A stretch of DNA of 63,919 bases, counting the filler, from Globobulimina sp. (Eukaryota): assembly GCA_003354225.1 (NCBI GenBank). It is 40 parts of 40 records of this genome, joined end to end, with 100 filler letters (N's around TTAATTAATTAA, not from the genome) between each part and the next. Parts side by side here need not be neighbours in the genome. Positions count along the whole stretch, not along the records: positions 11,211 to 12,711 come from PIVH01015685.1; positions 12,812 to 14,312 come from PIVH01015686.1; positions 14,413 to 15,913 come from PIVH01015687.1; positions 16,014 to 17,514 come from PIVH01015688.1; positions 17,615 to 19,115 come from PIVH01015689.1; positions 19,216 to 20,716 come from PIVH01015690.1; positions 20,817 to 22,317 come from PIVH01015691.1; positions 22,418 to 23,918 come from PIVH01015692.1; 32 more parts are not named here. One strand, given 5' to 3'. The translations under genes and the position numbers were made by a program. Shown here piece by piece: positions 11,471-24,060 of this stretch. Each line of letters begins with the position of its first letter. Position 1 is the stretch's first letter. The notes below the pieces were generated by a model. The model was not told where the DNA came from, made no database searches, and worked only from the letters and a program-made list of their open reading frames with translations.

Positions 11471-12711
11471 ATGACTTATTGCGGTTTTAGTGACAGGTTT
11501 GCTGCAACAGAGGTTGAAATTGAATGCGCTGATTTTCTTACATTATGTTGTTTATTTTGAAGTTCCTCAGATGATAATGATGGTGATGATGACATGAAGC
11601 AAACGTCAATTGCAACCAACACTGATATTGATATTGAAACTGAAACTGATTGGATCAATGCAAAAGCACAGCCAATGCAACAACTACCATCAGGACAGGA
11701 AGCAAGAAGAATAAAGCCACGGCATACTTTTAATAGCATTTTAGCTCCGCAGTCATTGGCAGATATCAAAGAACAAATTGTTAGTAAACATTCGGCTGTC
11801 AAACAACAACAAGAAAAAGCAGCTCCACCTCCGCCCCCACCACTGCAGTCATTGTCTGATAATCGAAATATTAAATATAATCATAAAAAACAGCAATATA
11901 AAATAAAACGTAAACCTCGTACAAATCTAACAATTAAACAACATATTCCAAAATCAAAACATTTATGGCTTCAACATCCGATAATAACTGGTGTATCTGC
12001 ACAAGGTAAGGTTTTTATTTTAGTGCGAGGATATTATTATATTTATATTTATACCATTCACATTTTAATAACACAGTATCGATTGGTATTAAAGTAGCAG
12101 AATTTCCATTTTTCAAACCAGTTGGAATCAAATTATTTGAAATAATTCATGTACTGCGTAACGTAGTGTATCGGCCAGAAGAATTTGTGGCTATTCGCAT
12201 GAGACTGCGTAATCCAAAAATGAGTGTAACAATATTTAGCAATGGCAAGTTAACGACACAAGGAGGCAAATCAGAGCATTCGTGCGTCTTTGCACTGCGC
12301 AAAGTGGCAAGAATGTTGCAACAAATCGGAGAGTACAAAACGAAGATACGCTGTATGAATAAACCAATATTTTATGGAATACAATCAAATGCACATTTTG
12401 GATATAAAGTGGATTTACAAAAAATGAGCGAATCATACCCAAATCGGGTCGAATATTCACCGGATTTGGAGTCTGCGTATTTAAAGTTTCGGCAACCATT
12501 AAAATATGGCGACAAAGGATCGTGCCATGTTTATCATAGCGGCAGAGTTACCATTTTGGGCTGTCGTTCTGTTCAAATTGCTATACAATGGATAAATGAT
12601 ATGTTTATCCATTCAAAACCATATTTTGATACAAGTGATAATGAAGCAATTTTAAGAGTTTTGCAGGAAAAATTTGTATCAAGTGGTCCCCGGGTCATGG
12701 AGCTTGGAGAA
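11471..12711 (+). CDS. Divergent TATA-binding-protein-like factor; introns 11497-11562 and 12006-12076
   Basis: YRPEEFVAIRMRLRNPKMSVTIFSNGKLTTQGGKSE and VDL...YSPDL...VYHSGRVTILGCRS are the two TBP repeats; GT-AG introns restore the frame. Confidence 0.85.
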
Positions 12712-12811
12712 NNNNNNNNNNNNNNNNNNNNNNNNNNNNNNNNNNNNNNNNNNNNTTAATTAATTAANNNNNNNNNNNNNNNNNNNNNNNNNNNNNNNNN
12801 NNNNNNNNNNN

Positions 12812-13444
12812 TGGGTTGGATCGGAGTCAGGCACTGTGGATGGACCAATATGGTCATTGGGTCAAGATACAGGCACTGGAGATCCTAATTCGACGCAATT
12901 TTGTCCAGCAAATGTTGACACTACACTTCAAAACGGAAACCAATGGTTTTATAACAGCGGGGCTGGCGTTCGACCACTGTCAGCATTGATTAATGTGTAT
13001 CATGATTCTGTTGGTAATAATGGTGTTTTAGAGTTAGATTTTGGAATTGATGAGACAGGAAATGTTGCGGCACAGCAAGCTGAAAGTTATAAAGAATTTG
13101 GCGATTGGATACGTTCTTGTTATGGCCAGGCAATCAATTCTACGAATGGACAAATGACACAAATCAAGGATGCGTTGAATTTAATTGTCGATAATGGCAA
13201 TGTTGTGAAACTTGATAGGGTTATGATTCAGGAAGATATTAAATATGGGCAAAGGATAAGAAATTTTCACATTGAAATAAATCCGGGACAATATAGAGTG
13301 TCTGGTACTGCTGTTGGACATAAAAAAATTATGTTGTTTAATTTAATGAATGCCTCATCTGTTCGATTTGTGTTGGATGAGTATGTTGGCGATGTTGTTT
13401 ATGTGGAGATTTTTGCTGTTTTTAAGCAATGTTCAAGTGGTTAA
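12812..13444 (+). CDS. Alpha-L-fucosidase (GH29), C-terminal fragment
   Basis: WFY...LINVYHDSVGNNGVLEL...DRVMIQEDIKYGQRIR...GTAVGHKKI. Confidence 0.85.
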   Translation, partial: WVGSESGTVDGPIWSLGQDTGTGDPNSTQFCPANVDTTLQNGNQWFYNSGAGVRPLSALINVYHDSVGNNGVLELDFGIDETGNVAAQQAESYKEFGDWIRSCYGQAINSTNGQMTQIKDALNLIVDNGNVVKLDRVMIQEDIKYGQRIRNFHIEINPGQYRVSGTAVGHKKIMLFNLMNASSVRFVLDEYVGDVVYVEIFAVFKQCSSG

Positions 13445-13611
13445 TTAATTATTACACATTGTACATTTTAAATAGATAGTTCGCTCGGATAGACTCCTTC
13501 AATTCGCTATCGACCAATTTTTTATGAAATTGTGACGAGGGGATGGTTAGTAATAGCTAATAGAGGTAGGGGAGAAATTGATTTCTTAAAGTTTTGAAGA
13601 AGATTTTATAA

Positions 13612-13812
13612 TTGTTTTTGCAAGTCATGGAACCTGTTTCATTGTTGGAGAACAAACCATATCCAGCATGCCGTTGCGGTGATTCACGACTTAAAGCAAA
13701 AACAAATGACAATTTCTTGTCAAAATGCGGTCAATGTAAACAAAAGTGGCGAGGATCAGTGTGCTCAAATTGTGGTTTTCATTGTTGTTTGCAATGCAGA
13801 GTTACGTTTTAA
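13612..13812 (+). CDS. Small Cys-rich putative zinc finger ORF or exon
   Basis: CRC...CGQC...CSNC...CLQC. Confidence 0.35.
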   Translation: MFLQVMEPVSLLENKPYPACRCGDSRLKAKTNDNFLSKCGQCKQKWRGSVCSNCGFHCCLQCRVTF

Positions 13813-13851
13813 TCATACTTTAGCGGTGTACATAGATTGAATAATTTAAAT

Positions 13852-14312
13852 ATGAAACAAAAGCAGGAAATAAACCAAAATGAGTGGCAAGCAAAAATCT
13901 CGAAACTATCACATTGGAATAACAATGCATTAAAACAACAGCAAGAATTTAAAAACATATTACAGTCAATCCCTCAAATATTTATATTATATAACAATAA
14001 AAAATTAGTGAAAACACTTTGTAATCACATTTATAGCACGCGCAACAAAGACATTTTCTCATTATTTTTAGATATAATTGGTAACAATGATAAAATTTTA
14101 CTTTCCGCATTTTATGACAAGTTCCAAGATGCCATACATTGCCGCAACTTATCGGAACTATTACATCTCAAATATTTGGATATCATAAACAGAAAATATT
14201 TATATGAATTCCGAAAGAAAAACGGAATCAATGCGCTACATTACATTTGCACAATAAATGTGCCAATGAATAATATCCATCGCAATATGCAAATTATTCA
14301 ACAATTATTGAA
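13852..14312 (+). CDS. Hypothetical protein, probably leading into ankyrin repeats (3'-truncated)
   Basis: NGINALHYIC...IIQQLL resembles the start of an ankyrin repeat. Confidence 0.4.
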
Positions 14313-14799
14313 NNNNNNNNNNNNNNNNNNNNNNNNNNNNNNNNNNNNNNNNNNNNTTAATTAATTAANNNNNNNNNNNNNNNNNNNNNNNNNNNNNNNN
14401 NNNNNNNNNNNNTTCTGTAAAAAACAATTACATAAATTAAAAAAAAGAATTTTGACTCTAACTTTTGGGATTCATATTGATCATTCTTTCCAACGCTCTG
14501 CCGAAAAAACGGACCAAAAATTCGTAGTCGGTCCCAAAAATGAGTGATTCGTATCGTTTCAATCGTCCGTAGTTTTTGTCTCCGCCTATATATTATATAC
14601 CAAGTGTAGTGTAAGAGAGAGAGAGAGAGAGAGTCTCTTACGATTTTTTTATGTTGTAGTAGATCTATTAAGTTACGGCCTTGAAGAAAATATGCTTTCG
14701 AGTGTGACCCGTGTGTGTGTTGCTTTGTAATTATGTCAAGGATCTCCTGTTGAACTGAACCACCTAAATACAGAATCGCCCATCGTAGACACATTCGTT

Positions 14800-15620
14800 T
14801 CGTTCCGAATCCTTTTTTGATGCTTCTATAGACTGATCGTTCTGATCAATTCCACTGCAGTTTTGACGGAAAAAATTCAACTCGTTGCAGAGCCGTTATC
14901 TTACTTGTCATGGATTTGTGCAGTGACGCGTTTGCCATCGATCGGTGCGTCACTGCCGACGATTGGAAAGCCGCTTGCACCATGAATTGTAATACTTTTT
15001 CTATTTGGCGAATTTTTTTGGTACGTTGTAATAAAAATTACTTTTTTTAGTGTCCGACTATTTGAAAGCTGTCCCTGTCGAAAGCGGTGACATTTTGACC
15101 TAATTGGCGGACCATGGAATCGTTTATCGAACCTTATCGAACTTTTTACTTATACAACAGTTATTTCGCGATCAAAACACAATCAACAATAGGTCTGGCA
15201 TACAGTCTTATTTTGGTACTCATAGAGTAGCATTTGACTAATCTCGCCAATATGGTATAATTTTCGTTCGGAACTCTATTTCGCCAACGATTTACTTGAC
15301 AGATGGTCAAATCGCGTTTGTCGACCATGCATGAGCATTTATATATAAGAGCTGGAATTTGACCAAATTGTGTAGGCAACGAAAAAATCGTATCAGTTGT
15401 CTGAAATGCAGATATTCCATGGTCAACAAATAATACAGAGCAGTCGTACTTTCCAATGCCCTTCATCAGTCCACGTTCAAATTGTCCAGTTTCAGTTTTC
15501 ACTACACAAGCTCGCTCGTCAACTAACTAAAAAACAGATAGTGTGCAGATATAAAGCATTATTTACTGCTCTCATATGTCCGTTTTTGGTCCAGCGCTCC
15601 ATAAATTGAGTAAGATGGTG
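14800..15620 (-). pseudogene. Possible decayed pogo/Tigger (DDE_1) transposase remnant
   Basis: Fragments in different frames: NAHAWSTNAI (cf. NxxAWMT) and IHGASGFPIVGSDAPIDG (cf. IPGGxTxxLQPLD); many stops. Confidence 0.25.
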
Positions 15621-16013
15621 TTCAATATATTTTTCATATTTTTTAAACGTTATTATTTTGACTCCTTAGCATCACCGACCCCACATAAACCATAACATAG
15701 AAAGCAATGAGCAATTATAGAGTGTGTACCTTCAATAATAAGGAATTGGATATAAAGACCGAATTATAAACATTTTTAACATAAAAATTACATCGCTGTT
15801 TCTGTTTGCTTACCTTTTATTTGACCGACGAAATGAACTGCGCAAAATTCAAAAGCGCGAACTGCTGAATACATATATTATCAAATTTTAATTTATACGA
15901 CACTTTCCAATAGNNNNNNNNNNNNNNNNNNNNNNNNNNNNNNNNNNNNNNNNNNNNTTAATTAATTAANNNNNNNNNNNNNNNNNNNNNNNNNNNNNNN
16001 NNNNNNNNNNNNN

Positions 16014-16297
16014 AATGATATAATACTTCGTAAAAATAAAGAACCTAAGCATGTAATGGTGGAATCACGCATTGTTTTTAAATTATCTGTAAATGTATAT
16101 TCGCCATAAGACAATGATTTGTTCTCAGTAATGTTGTTTGATATTTCTACTGCTTTTTTAGCATTATCATTATTTTTAATCTGATGATAATGTATCAATA
16201 AGCTGACCATTGGGAATGCGGTCACAAAAATAGATATTCCATCGAATGCAGCGCTAAGACCATAGGCCACATCGACTGATAGCATTGGAACACCCAT
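16014..16297 (-). CDS. Membrane protein N-terminus (3'-truncated)
   Basis: Hydrophobic segment DGISIFVTAFPMVSLLI. Confidence 0.45.
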
Positions 16298-16484
16298 TTC
16301 TTTTAGTTTTGTTCAGTTTCGTTCAGTTTGAACTAGTTGCGATCGATGTGTCTTACTGAAGCCACCGTTTTTTTAGACAAAAACATACATAAATTTTATT
16401 AGTTTTTAATCATTGATAATTAGACTCATTCAGTGATATTGGGATTTTTTATTCCGCAAAATCGCATTGTGATAACCTATTGTT

Positions 16485-16805
16485 ATGACACAATTACAAG
16501 CATCAGGGAAATATGTATGGCAAACAGACCCATCGTCAGTAGATGATGAATGTAAATTATATGCAGATGCTAAATATCCACATCGAGACAGTTTGAATCA
16601 TCCAATAAAACATTCCGGGGCTATGTGCGCAGCCTTTGTGCCCGCTTCATTTATGGTGCCACCCCTTGTATTTGGCTTATATTATTCCTGTAAATATTGG
16701 AGAAATTATAGGTTTCAAAGAAAAGGACATCACAAAAATTGGACAAAGCATTATGAAACCTGCCTACAGAAAAAAGCAGTCACTTTATCTGCATTTGATG
16801 AATAA
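16485..16805 (+). CDS. Small single-TM hypothetical protein
   Basis: ATG-to-stop ORF with one hydrophobic segment. Confidence 0.4.
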   Translation: MTQLQASGKYVWQTDPSSVDDECKLYADAKYPHRDSLNHPIKHSGAMCAAFVPASFMVPPLVFGLYYSCKYWRNYRFQRKGHHKNWTKHYETCLQKKAVTLSAFDE

Positions 16806-17005
16806 ATCCAATACCAAAATGACAGTGTTTCATGTTAATTTATTATTAAATAGGACTCCATGGATGGAAATATGTCATTTTATTTTAAAGTCGCTCCTCG
16901 TTTATGCACAACTTATCCATTGTCATATTCATGATATCCTTGCACTGTAGTCTGTAATCCACGTTTTCAGTTAAATTTAATAGGGCACATTTTCCAATTT
17001 TGTTG

Positions 17006-17514
17006 ATGGCAGCGTTGCAAATAATAAAGTTTGAATCGAAGGAAAATGAGCAGAAAGATGAAATGAAACAAGATATAAAACCTATTCTTCGGAAAGACGC
17101 CGCTGACTTTAAATTGGAAGATGTGACTCCGATTAAATTGATTGATAAAGGAAATTATGCGTTGATCCCATCGGAATTGGATGCGAGTTCGAAAGATGTG
17201 ATTTGCTGTCTTTGCATCTCTGATACGCACGGCCAACACAAAGGGATCGAGTCTAACTTCGGCGAGTTGCCGCCTGCAGACATATTGATCCACAGTGGCG
17301 ATTTCAGTGAAATAGGGCATTGGGGAGATATTCGTAGCTATGACTCGTGGATAAAAAGCAAATTAAAGAGCAATAAGTTCAAACACTGTATTTTGATCGG
17401 TGGCAATCATGACATTACATTGGATGCAGAATATTATATTTCATCGGGATACAATAGATTTCATTGCGGCAATCCTTGGAAAGAAGACGTGGTTAAATAT
17501 GGCGAGAAATGTAG
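17006..17514 (+). CDS. Metallophosphoesterase (MPPED/calcineurin-like), 3'-truncated
   Basis: CISDTH, DILIHSGDF, IGGNHD motifs. Confidence 0.9.
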
Positions 17515-17614
17515 NNNNNNNNNNNNNNNNNNNNNNNNNNNNNNNNNNNNNNNNNNNNTTAATTAATTAANNNNNNNNNNNNNNNNNNNNNNNNNNNNNN
17601 NNNNNNNNNNNNNN

Positions 17615-19020
17615 ATCGCAATCTGCGAAATATACAACTCCGAAATGGCTTTTTTATACAAGAAATATTTCTCAATCTCCAATTCCTGCGCTGCACTCTC
17701 AAACACATAATTCGCCGCAATCTCCGCCCGAATCTTATCCAATTTCAGCGCCAAAGCGGGTATTTTTTCCAATTTCTGAAACTGCATAAACGAGCGATGG
17801 ATGATGTAAGTCGGCACCACGTCCTCCAAACGGCGCAATTGGATCAACATAGAATAATTGATATGAAACTGCGACAGCAATCGCTGCGATTTCCCCTTCA
17901 AAATCACCTGCAACTCTTTCGGCTCCATCTTCTCGTTCACCATCATAATGACAATGCCCCTTTCGTCCAGTCCGCGTCTCCCCGCTCGGCCGCTCATTTG
18001 TATATATTCCCCGCTCGTCAGCAGCCGCGAACATTCCCCGTCATACTTCTTCAACGACGAAAAGATCACAGTCTTGGCCGGGAAGTTGACGCCCATTGAA
18101 AACGTCTCTGTGGTGAACAAAACGCGGATCAGTCCCTCACCAAATAGTATCTCCACAATCTCCTTCAAAATGGGCAGCAAACCGCTATGATGGATGCCAA
18201 TGCCGCGCGTCAACAAATGGATCAAGCTCTGGATTTGCGGCAACATTCGGTCGTCGTCGCCCAAGGTCGAGATGGCATTATTAAAGATGCGCGCAACCAG
18301 TTTCTTTTCGCTTTCATTGCAAAAGTCCAATTTGGACAGACTCAGAGCCAGATCTTCCACGCCTTTCTTGCTGAACGCAAACACGATGCAAGGGTCGAAT
18401 TCGCGTTCCATGATCATTTTGATCAATTTGAAGATGTCCTTATTGTGCTGCCCCTTGCGGTCATTCCTTTTTTTCTTGGATTTGTCGTTGTTTTCTTGGA
18501 TGCTGTTGAGAGCGCGTTGGAAGTTACTTTCCTTGAAATTGGATTTGTGATCGACACACAAATAAATCCCGCTGCCACCACTCGGGAATACGTAATGTTG
18601 TAACGGCACGGGACGCATTTCGGTGTATATCACGTGGCAACAATGGCCATTGATTTTGCTGATCCATTTGGCGAATTCCACAGAGTTCGGTATGGTGGCG
18701 GAGAGGAACACAAATCGAGATTGTTGCGGCAGTAAAATGAGAGTCTCTTCCCAGACCACGCCACGATTTGGGTCTTTCATATAATGGATCTCATCAAAAA
18801 TGACCCAAGAGATCTCACGGATGATCTCCGCGCCGCGAAATAACATATTTCGTAAGATTTCAGTGGTCATTACGATGCAGGAAGCGTCGCGATGTAAGGT
18901 GGTGTCCCCAGTCATTAGGCCGACGTCGATAAAGCGTTCTTGTAATTGGCGGTATTTCTGGTTGGATAAGGCTTTGATGGGTGCAGTGTAAATAACGCCT
19001 TTGTTCTCCGACATACATCT
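17615..19020 (-). CDS. MTR4: Ski2-like RNA helicase MTR4, internal fragment
   Basis: YTAPIKALSNQKY, VMTTEILRNML, WVIFDEIHY, FLSATIPN, GIGIHHSGLLPILKE, EYIQMSGRAGRRG. Confidence 0.93.
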
Positions 19021-19865
19021 CATATGCATGACCAAAAAGTTTAAGAAATTCTCTTGAATCTTTTTCTTGGTAAGGCCGAGAATAATGCCATTAATAAAAA
19101 TATTTTCCCTGCCTGNNNNNNNNNNNNNNNNNNNNNNNNNNNNNNNNNNNNNNNNNNNNTTAATTAATTAANNNNNNNNNNNNNNNNNNNNNNNNNNNNN
19201 NNNNNNNNNNNNNNNGAAACGTTTCTATCTGCAGCGGGACAGAAGAATCGCAAAGTTCCAAAATCCCAAAAGTCTGATTATGAAAATATGTATAAATTTA
19301 CATTCTGGTTTTTCAATGTTATCCATTCCATTTCAAAACCTTGCTTCATCCAATTATTATCATTTTTTGGTGCTGCCATGATACGCTATACAGTGTCCAC
19401 TTTAGTAGAGCTTTTACTAACGCAGTTTATTTTTTGTGACATAAAAACTGCGTTGAAACAGAAACGCAAGTTATCTTCGTCGTACCTTTTTAAAAACGCA
19501 AGTTATCTTCGACATTCAATAACTTGTGTTTCCAACTTAAGTTTCATAAATATCATAAGTTCATATAATACATATTTTTACGATAACCAAAGTTACAATA
19601 ATTCACGAAAAACAAAGCTTCAGTAACAGCTGCATTCACCACTCATCAAATAACTGTATATATTTCCGGTTATAGGCTCACACAATGATCCAAATTATAA
19701 TCAAAATCCAAATCAGAATATAATTATGCAAAATTGATACACTTAAAAATAAATAGCTGTTTTATGCAATGATTTAGAAGAGGAAAACATTGAGATATTA
19801 AAAGAAAACATTTTGCAAAGTGCACAGAAACAGATAGCGGCAAAAAAGAAAATACAGAGTGAACA

Positions 19866-19914
19866 TAATTATGCCTTGAATGTAATTATGCCTTGAATGT
19901 AATTATGCCTTGAA
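19866..19914. repeat. 17-bp tandem repeat (TAATTATGCCTTGAATG), about 3 copies
   Basis: Read directly; overlaps the stop of the 19886-20200 minus ORF. Confidence 0.9.
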
Positions 19915-20625
19915 ATTCATTGAAATATTTAATTTTTGCAGATCGATAATCTGGCATTGGATTTAAAATTGTTATATGCCATGGATGTTCCTGTCTTTTT
20001 TGTTGGTCTGTTTGTTCACTTTCCGAGGCATGAAAAGCTTTACATAATGCAATATTTCTTCCATCTACAAGCATGTGAAATGTTCTATGACGAATAACGT
20101 TTCTTCCTGCTGCTTCTTGCCACCTATAATCATCAGTATCATGTGCTTCGAGGAAATTATCCCATTCTATTTTTGCTGGCTGGATATATTTTTCAGCCAA
20201 AATCTTTTTTTTCTGTTTAATTAAACCTTCCCTTAAATTTGGATTTAAATACGAGTGTATTACTAATTTACTGTGTCAGCATGACACAGAGTTTTATCTC
20301 GTTCATTTTCTACTTCTTGAATTACCGCTTCTAACGATTCTAATCTCCGATGTTCTTCTGTAGCTTTTCCAGTGATTGGATTATTTTTACATTTTATTAA
20401 TGGTTTATCAGCAATGTTTCCATTCCGCTTAATTTTAATATGTGGTAAAATAGTTGGTTTTTTTTGTTCGTTGTATTTCTGCTTCTTCTTGCTCCTTATT
20501 TTCAGATGGTATTATTGATCCCGCCAACGGGGTGCAAAATCTGGTGATAAAATATTAATTTATGATGGAAAATATGGTCATAACCGGTTTCAGGGGTATT
20601 TAGGGGTATTTAGTGGAAACACTAA

Positions 20626-20716
20626 TTAGTGTGATTGTGTGACTTGTGTGATTTGCGTGATTGGTGGGATTAGTGTGATTTGTGTGATTTGTGTGACTTG
20701 TTTGATTTGTGTGAAT
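20626..20716. repeat. Degenerate 9-bp minisatellite (consensus about TTGTGTGAT) at contig end
   Basis: About 10 imperfect units read directly. Confidence 0.8.
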
Positions 20717-20848
20717 NNNNNNNNNNNNNNNNNNNNNNNNNNNNNNNNNNNNNNNNNNNNTTAATTAATTAANNNNNNNNNNNNNNNNNNNNNNNNNNNN
20801 NNNNNNNNNNNNNNNNACAGTGAGTCAGACGAATCAGATGAATTTGAG

Positions 20849-22317
20849 ATGAATGAGGCGTCGCCAATACGCGTATTAGCCTTTGATTTGGATAAAACTA
20901 TGGTTCGTACCATATCGCTACACACCAATCAACAGCCACAACCCGAACAACATCCCAATGGATATTTTATGTTTTTCGATGATGACACAAAAGAATATCA
21001 TCACGTATACAAGCGACCCTTTCTCAAGAACTTATTAGATTTCTTGTACTGCGAAATTGTTATCAAACAGAAATGTAAGATGATGCTATGTACGCATGGC
21101 ACGCAGAAATATGCCCAGACCATCTTAGAAAAGTGTGGTGCGGACAAGTTATTCCCTTTAATGTTGCCCCGAAGAGATTGGTGTCGAAGGAAATTCGAAG
21201 ACGATTATAAACCGCGTCGCTTTAAAACCATCTCCAAAATGGCACAATCAGCCAATGAATTGGTGGAAGATGTGATTATGATCGATGACGACCCCGGCGT
21301 TTATTGCGTGGCTGACCGATGTAACGGCTCTCTTTTACACATCAAACCCTTTGACGACCCTTACGAGCAAAGAAATGATAATGAATTAAATAAATTAATT
21401 AAATTCTTAGCCGCTATCATCAAATATGGCAAAAATTACTATTTAAAAATCTTTGCCAATGCAATCCGGTATACAGGTTTAGTAAAAACGCACATGAATC
21501 CGACCCAAATGGCGCAACATTCCCTGTTTCGGGCCTCGGTGATTAAGAAATTGATGTATGACTTCCACGGCCATCCCTTATTAATGATGAATAAAGAGGA
21601 GAGGTTAGGCACTGTGTTCTTATTTGATCGATATTGTTGTCGGGCAAATATAGATTGGAATTTATACGAATATTATGTAATATTATTGTTTGCCTGTTTG
21701 TTCATAGCGAGACAGTATTTATACACTGACAGTAAGAGACCCAAACAGTTTCGAAGAGATCCATACAGCGCAGAGATATGGCAGCAACATGTCATTATTT
21801 ATGAGAAAATTGTGAAAAAATATAAGACTATGAATGGTATCACAGTGTACAATCCACAAACATCCTCTTCCCATCATAGCCATAACCATCACTCGCATCG
21901 CCATCACCACTCTCATCACTCGCATCATCATCGAGATAAGCAAAGACATCACAAATCAAAGAATAAAGCATCCAAAACACAGACACAAATAACATTGGAC
22001 GATAACCAATTAATAACATCGTATACAGGGCAACAACAACAGGCAAATAATGAGCAACAGCAACAATTACAAATCATAAGCACTGCGAATACAAATGCAT
22101 ACAATTCGCAATCTCATCATCGTCGCAAACGTAAACATAAAAATAGGGAAAAACAAATCTATTTTAGCGAATTGCATAATATCACGAAACAGATTTGTGA
22201 AAGCATTGGATATCCCAAATTATTGCATGGTTTATATCATCGTCCAACCAATGGGTATGATTCCTCATTGTTTGTAAAATACGAAGATTATGTCGAGTCA
22301 TTATTCCATCACATCGA
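20849..22317 (+). CDS. NIF/FCP1-type HAD phosphatase with C-terminal cyclin-box-like domain and His/Gln-rich insert (partial)
   Basis: LAFDLDKTMV, VYKRPFL, IMIDDDP, LHIKPF; then TVFLFDRYC...LLFACLFIARQY. Confidence 0.8.
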
Positions 22318-22417
22318 NNNNNNNNNNNNNNNNNNNNNNNNNNNNNNNNNNNNNNNNNNNNTTAATTAATTAANNNNNNNNNNNNNNNNNNNNNNNNNNN
22401 NNNNNNNNNNNNNNNNN

Positions 22418-23483
22418 TGAATGTATTGTTGGTTTATTGACACATTTGAGACCAAAAGATCGCTTTGGATTAATTGTATTTGACAATAAAGCAGCAACAC
22501 AGAGAGGATTGCAGTTTATGGAGAATATGGAGATGAATGAATTGAAAAAGGACATTTTAAGTGTCACTGCGTCCGGTGGCACTAATTTTGAGTGTGGTTA
22601 TAAAGAGGCAGTGAAGTTATATTCGGATGTAACAGCAGATGAGGAATATGATAATCGCATTATATTTCTAACCGATGCCCAACCAACTGCGGGGGTGACG
22701 GATGCAAATAGTTTGATGGGATTAGTGGATACGTATTCTAATGATAAAGCAAATTATATTTATACCACATTCATTGGCATCGGATTGGATTTCAATGCGA
22801 AATTAATTCAACAGATATCGGACACGCGAGGTTGTAATTATTACTCTGTTCAATCCACGAATGACTTTAATAAAGTGATGGATGTTGATTTCGATTATAT
22901 GGTAACGCCGTTGGTGTTTAATGTGTGTCTGAAGATTAAGTGTGAAGGGAGCTCGTTGGTCATTGATAAGGTATATGGCTATGGGCAGGAAAAGGAAAAA
23001 GAGATTTTGAGCGATGGCAGTATTACCAAAATAAATACGCTTTTTCCATCACACAAATCAAAGTCAAAAGGCGGCACAAAGGGTGGGATTCAATTGATTA
23101 AATTAAAAAAAAATAAGGATGTGGATAAACCTTTGAATGCTGAAATTGAAGTAACATTTGAAGATAAATATGGCAAAATGTACAGAAATGTACAGTTTGT
23201 TCGGTTTGAAGGGAATGAGAATGGTGATATGATTGCGGATAATGATTATTTTGATAATTTAGGTATTAGGAAAGCAATATTATTGTGTAATTATGGTGAA
23301 ATATTAATGAATTGGATTGATGAAAAATATTATAATAATAATAATAATAATTTCGAAATTAATGATAAATATAAAAGAATATTTAATAAATTGGTTGTTT
23401 ATTTTAAAAATGAAATGGCACATTGTAATGATGATGAATTACAAAAAGAATTAGATTTATTAAGTAAATTGGTAAATAATTAA
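22418..23483 (+). CDS. von Willebrand factor A domain protein, 5'-truncated
   Basis: DRFGLIVF, ASGGTNFECG, RIIFLTDAQP, TTFIGIGLDFN. Confidence 0.9.
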
Positions 23484-24060
23484 AACTATTTTTGTTTGTT
23501 TTTTTATTTTTTTGTGGGGGTTTTTTTGTGGGTTTGGAACAATTTGCAGTTTGTTTTGTATAGGCAATTAACATAAACTATTTTTTTGCAACTTGAGGGA
23601 AAATATGCTATTACCGATTTCGAATTGATTTACTCCTTTTTTTTTGTATCAAAAGTTGTAAAAGTAAAAATTGATTTCTTAGTGTATTGATTTCTTAGTA
23701 TTTATGGGATATCGGCAATATGGCACTGTCCATAAACCAAATACACCAATCGTGATTTTTTGTTGTATACAGAGCATGAAGAAAGAGCTGCAAAATATGG
23801 ATCTCTACTCGAAGAAAACAACATACCTGCAAACAATGTTAGTTATACATATTATTATGACATGACCATACAATCGAAGATATATAAATACTGCTTCTTT
23901 ATATCATTGATAAACTTANNNNNNNNNNNNNNNNNNNNNNNNNNNNNNNNNNNNNNNNNNNNTTAATTAATTAANNNNNNNNNNNNNNNNNNNNNNNNNN
24001 NNNNNNNNNNNNNNNNNNTCAGAAGCCACAACTCGCCCTCCTTCTGATCAATCTGGTTAA

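Noticed and set aside
20626..20716. Short repeats as a CRISPR array
   Set aside because: Tandem 9-mers with no unique spacers and no cas genes
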